From: Vicugna vicugna
Taxonomy: Eukaryota
NCBI GenBank assembly: GCA_013265495.1
Contig: MU057781.1
Coordinates: 312,001-376,000 of the forward strand
Direction of reading: 5' to 3'
DNA: 64,000 bases
The notes under the pieces: generated by a model
Databases searched by the model: none
Told to the model about the DNA's origin: nothing
What the model saw: the letters and a program-made list of their open reading frames with translations, nothing else
Translations under genes and position numbers: made by a program
Part shown: positions 59,545-64,000 of the stretch, piece by piece
Layout of the letters: every line of letters begins with the position of its first letter
How positions within the stretch are numbered: position 1 is the stretch's first letter

Positions 59545-61524
59545 GCGAGGCAGGTGTGAGCACCTTGGCGCCGCTGTGCGCCTGGTGCCTTCCAGCCCCC
59601 AGCAAGCCAGGCTTCTCTGGACCTCCTCAGCCTCAGGGGTGCTGGTGTACCCCGGGAGTGTCAGGGAAAGAGATGCCGCCATGCCTCGCTCCTGCCCAAA
59701 ATGACGTTCAGTGTTTGCTTTCACTCCTTGTTCATAGACATTTGCATTTTGATCACTTAAGACGTCATGGAGACACAAAAGGAGAGCCCTGCCAGGTCGC
59801 CTCTTCTCCCCAAGCACGGGCATCAGCAAACCTGCACAGAAATGCTAACTCCACCGCCAGCAGGTGCTTCCTCCAGGCTTCATCCGCATCTCCTTCCTGA
59901 CCCCTGACATCGATTTGCACTGGCCTGTTACCAAATTAGCCCCATAACTGTGCTGCCAGCTGGCGGTGGGCACAAGAGCGGGGCCAGCCTCGGCTTCCTT
60001 GTCTGAGTCCCAGGAGCTGGGACCCCGACAGGGAGGGAGAGGGAACGGCGGACGGGGCACCCTCCCAGGCAGCAGCAAGCCGGGCATCACTCACGCTGGG
60101 CCCCCTGCCCGAGCCAGGGGTGCCACTCGCGGCCAGCGGGATGGAGCCGTCTCCCTGGCAACGTGTCCCGAGGCATCAGGGGCTCGTTCCAAACCTGGCT
60201 CTGAATCTGCTGCTTAGCAGAAGGCAAGCTCCCCACGGTTTTTATGGGGGGTACTTATCACATGTTCACAGACAACATAAACATAATTTTAAGTATCAAA
60301 CATCTTTAATGTCTTTATTTCTCAGGAAGTGACAGTAAGCGCTCCTCTATTAACAGGCGGTTTCCTGTAAGGAGCAGATAAAGCGTCTATTCTTCCAGGT
60401 TCTCCGAGGAGCACCCTTCCTTCCTCGGCCCCCACCGCAGTCCTGGCCGCCCCTCCTTCCTTCCGAGCCTTTTCGAGTTCGGCCTCTCTCGAGATGCCGT
60501 TCAAACCGAGCTGAATCCGAATCCTAGCTTTGAAAACAATGCCCACGGTTTCTCACGTTTCCTGATGGCTCCGTGGGCTCTAACTTCTCGGCTTTTTCAG
60601 TTCCAATGAAAACTGACTTTGCAAAGCCCTCTGGGAAGGCAGTTTTGCAGTGACCAGAGTCCAGGAGGACAGGCCAGCAGAGGGACCGGGGGGAGGCACA
60701 CCTAAGAGGCAGGCAGTGTCCCCAGAAGTCAGCCCACAGCAAGGGGCTCAGCTCACTTCCACAGCTGCAGCCGATTGCCCAGAAGTGACCGGCGCGCGGA
60801 GGCCGGGGCACCAGCTTCCCTGAGGGCAGTCTGCTCCGGCCGCATCTCCGCAGTTCAGCTTGGGCCTCTTCCCTCCGCCTGGGCCTTCCCACTGGGCAGA
60901 CGGGTGCTCCCCGTTAGTAACCCGCCCACTCCTCCGCCTCTTCCCCTCTGAGACATGAACCAAGGCGCTCAGACTGCGACCCGCACTGCAGAGGATGTGC
61001 TGAAAGGAGGAACTTCAAAATTCAAACCACCTTCAAACCGGGCTCTCGAATGAAAGGGGAGAGGCTCAGGGATTCGGCGAGCCGCTGCCTGAAGAAGCAG
61101 ACCACTTCCAGAAGCATAAGTGGGTCCCAGCAGCTCACAGGACTCGTGGGCACCCACTAGCCTCTACTGCCCCCAAGCAAGGCCTGGGGTTCCCTAGATT
61201 CCTAGAAAACACTTCCCAGGAACGCAGTTTCCAGACAGAAGTTATGACCCATGGAAAGGAATCACAGTCCACCCCCGGGGGTGGCTTTAAAGAGACTGCA
61301 GACCCAAGGAAGCGAAGGCGGCCTCATCGGGCCCTCGGACGGGGTGAGCCGAGCGCTGCCTCCTACCGGCTGGCCAGCAGGACCAGACTTACAGAAACAA
61401 GTGCAGTGACGCCTGAGCTGCGGAGGCCCTGGCTGCCCCTGCCCCACCCCCGAGCGGCGCCCCGCGTCCCCGGGAGCAGGGCTGCGGTTGCTCAAGACCC
61501 ACAGGCGGCGGGTGTTACAGGCGA

Positions 61525-61710
61525 AAGACTCAGACCCTGGAGTCAGACCAACGGAGGCTCGAGCCCCAGCTCAGCCTCTGTCAGCTGTGTCTTTGGGCAA
61601 AGTGTCCCTTTCCTTTTGTGCAGCTGAGGCCAGAATTACTCAGTGCACCTTCTGCCCCGAGTCAAGGGGACTCGTGTGAACCCCTGGAGCACAGGAAGTG
61701 TCCAGTGAGC
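61525..61710 (+). mobile_element. MIR element
   Basis: GACCCTGGAGTCAGAC...AGCCCCAGCTCAGCCTCTGTCAGCTGTGTCTTTGGGCAA resembles the MIR 5' half. Confidence 0.6.
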
Positions 61711-62444
61711 ACCCTCTGCCCGCATGAACCCACTAGCCTTTCCACGCCCCCCCGGGATCTGTGCAGGGGGCGACTCTGCGTTCCAGGCGGTGCAGGACGA
61801 GGTGGTCTGTGCCTGCACGATGGCCAGTGGAGGGCCAGAGACCTGACGGCCCTTCCAGGGACAGCACGGAGTGGGAGCCCCCCAGACAGCTCCTGGATGT
61901 GCGGACTGTGCTCAGAAAGCCTTGGGTGAGGGAGCAACCCAAGGGGCTCCAGAGAGGGGAGGAGGGTGGAGGGAGGCTTAGCCGGTGGTGACACATGCGG
62001 AGCACGAAGCAGCCCACAAAGACAAGTTGCTGCCAGCCTTGCCCAGGAGCTGCCCTCTGCGCACCCGGAGCCCCTGCCCACGGACGCCCCGCGAGGGGAG
62101 GCCGGCGCGCCAGGCCCCGCTTCACTGAAGACGAGGGCACCGCCGTGGCGCGGCTTCTCCCTGACGCGGCAGGACGGCCACACCGGACCCCCTGCGGACT
62201 GACACCCAGTGCAACATCCAAAACGGACCACCTGCAAACAGAGGTGGTGGAAGGTGCTGCCCCGGCTTTGAAGCACTTCCGAAGCGTCTTTGCCGGCGCT
62301 TGTTTTCCCCGTTCATTTGTGGCCCTTTCTGCTGCCAAGTGGAGAAAACTGGTTCACCTTTCCTTTTAGTTTTAGGACGTTTCTTAACAGTCAACTGTTA
62401 TCCCGCAAGTTGTGTCTTTTTTTATGTTTCCCGACTTAAGCATA

Positions 62445-62850
62445 AGCCCCGCGCCCCGTGTGCCCCCTGCGGGCGGGCAGGCTCCCCGGGGGGCAGCGGG
62501 GCTCGGGCGCCTGTCGGGCCCGCACAGCTGCAGGCCCGGGCGCTGAAACCGGGGGGCCTCGCGGCCCCTCCACCGGGCAGACCGCCTTCCTCGGAAGCGA
62601 CGCCGAAACCTGCCGCTCTCCCTCCTTCAGCAGGCGCTCCTGTTGCCAGTAGCTGTGGCCGGTGTCCAGGCTTTGGTCCCGACCCAGGAAGACTTCAGAG
62701 ATGGGAGCGGAGGGCAAGAGAGGGGAGTGGGGACTTACTCGGGGCGGACAGCGCACCCCCAAGGGCAGCGCGCAGGCGCAGGGCGGCGCCGCCCCAGCTC
62801 CTCCGGCAAGCTGGTCACACGGGCTGTAAAAACGAGTGGCGGGGAGTTCA
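62445..62850. promoter_or_regulatory. CpG-island-like segment
   Basis: Very high GC and dense CpG with GC boxes (GGGCGG). No repeat or exon recognised. CpG observed/expected ratio not computed. Confidence 0.4.
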
Positions 62851-64000
62851 GGGGAAGGAAGGGGCTGGGGTCGTGTCCCCTGATCTCCGTCCCAGCTCCA
62901 CCTGCCTGGGGGGAGGCGGGATCTCCGTCCTTACTTGACGGGACGTCACTGTGGGTGCGTGGCGGGGCCTTCTAGGCTGCAAGGCTGATTCCATTGAAAT
63001 GGAATGAGGGCAGAATGAGCAAAAGTTACACGTGGACACGGCAGAGTCCTGCCTCTTCCCACCTTTCTTTGTCGGCCTCCAGGCCGCTTGTCACCCTAAA
63101 ATGTGTGACCACCTATCAGCGCAGAGCTTCCTGCTTTTCTGTCTCTGCCCAGGGTACCCCTGGTGCTCGCATGATGCAGGGTTTCCTGTTTTTGGCCCCT
63201 GCCCCTTCTCTCTGCCCTGTTCCTGCTGTTTGACCCATGTCCCCCTTTCTCTGCTCATATCTAGCTGTCTGCCTGCTCTCACACTCCCTGCGATCTATTG
63301 GATTTTTGCAGATATTTTCAATCACATACAAAACAGTGATGGGAAGGAGAAGGTGAAATTGGTAATGCTGTGAACCCCCAAGGGCCACTAGGACCCTGGG
63401 GATGCTGGAGACCAGGCCCCACCCTCCTGCCTCCAGGCCCCGGGTACCTGGTGCACATCAGCCACCAACCCCACCCAGAGCAGCCATGCGGGAGTCGGGC
63501 CAGGCCTGGGAGCAAGCGCTCTGGGAGGCAGAGAGTCCTAGACCTGTGGGCACCAGGGCCAGGGTCACGAATGGAGCCACCGCGGCCCGAGGGCCGTCCC
63601 ACCAGATGGCCAACGTCCCTTGCAGAAAACAAAGAACAAACAGTTCAAGCCTTTTTGAAAAGTGTGAAAATGCTAATGTCGTAAGTGATCGCAAATCCCC
63701 GACTGTCGCAGTAGTGAGGGCGGTTAGAAACATAGCTTTACTCCACTTATAAAGCAGGAAGGAACATGCTGTTCGCAGCAAGAGGTAAAGGAAGGTGTCC
63801 AATTGCACACCCAGGCCGGGTGGTCGGCTGCACAGCCAGCCCCCGAGGCCGGCAAACCTTCTGGAAGGCCATCTGCAGGAGCGTCCAGCGCTGGGTCCGT
63901 GTCCACCAGTTACCAGAGAAAGTCCCCTTGCGTCTTTCACCAAAGACTTTAACCTTCAAAGGTACGCTGTGCTTGGAGCCCTGCAGCCCTAAGGGGACAC

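Noticed and set aside
60310..60340. 9-nt microexon (TTTCTCAG|GAAGTGACA|GTAAGC)
   Set aside because: Too short to distinguish from chance without RNA or conservation data.

Overview
Mammalian genomic DNA, most likely a camelid (alpaca/llama/camel). The evidence is a tRNA-derived SINE resembling the camelid Vic-1 family and several cetartiodactyl-type L1 3' ends. The window is GC- and CpG-rich non-coding sequence (intergenic, or a very large intron), as is typical of subtelomeric isochores. I recognise no protein-coding gene. The ORFs in the track look like chance products of high GC, low complexity or decayed L1. Much of the window is interspersed repeats: old and younger L1, a HAL1-like element, MLT1/MLT2/LTR33/LTR16-type solo LTRs, MIR, L2 and simple repeats. 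Between them lie short AT-rich, homeodomain-motif-rich islands that look like enhancers. The most notable observations are: (i) strong, patchy A/T-to-G/C rewriting of old repeats, suggesting GC-biased gene conversion; (ii) a TSD-flanked composite insertion joining a polyadenylated non-L1 segment to an L1 3' end; (iii) a second, AT-rich 3'UTR-like insert inside an old L1; (iv) a perfect palindromic RFX X-box; (v) an E-box/G-run minisatellite. I found no convincing novel biological system. Repeat names come from remembered consensus sequences, not from a database search, and most boundaries are approximate.
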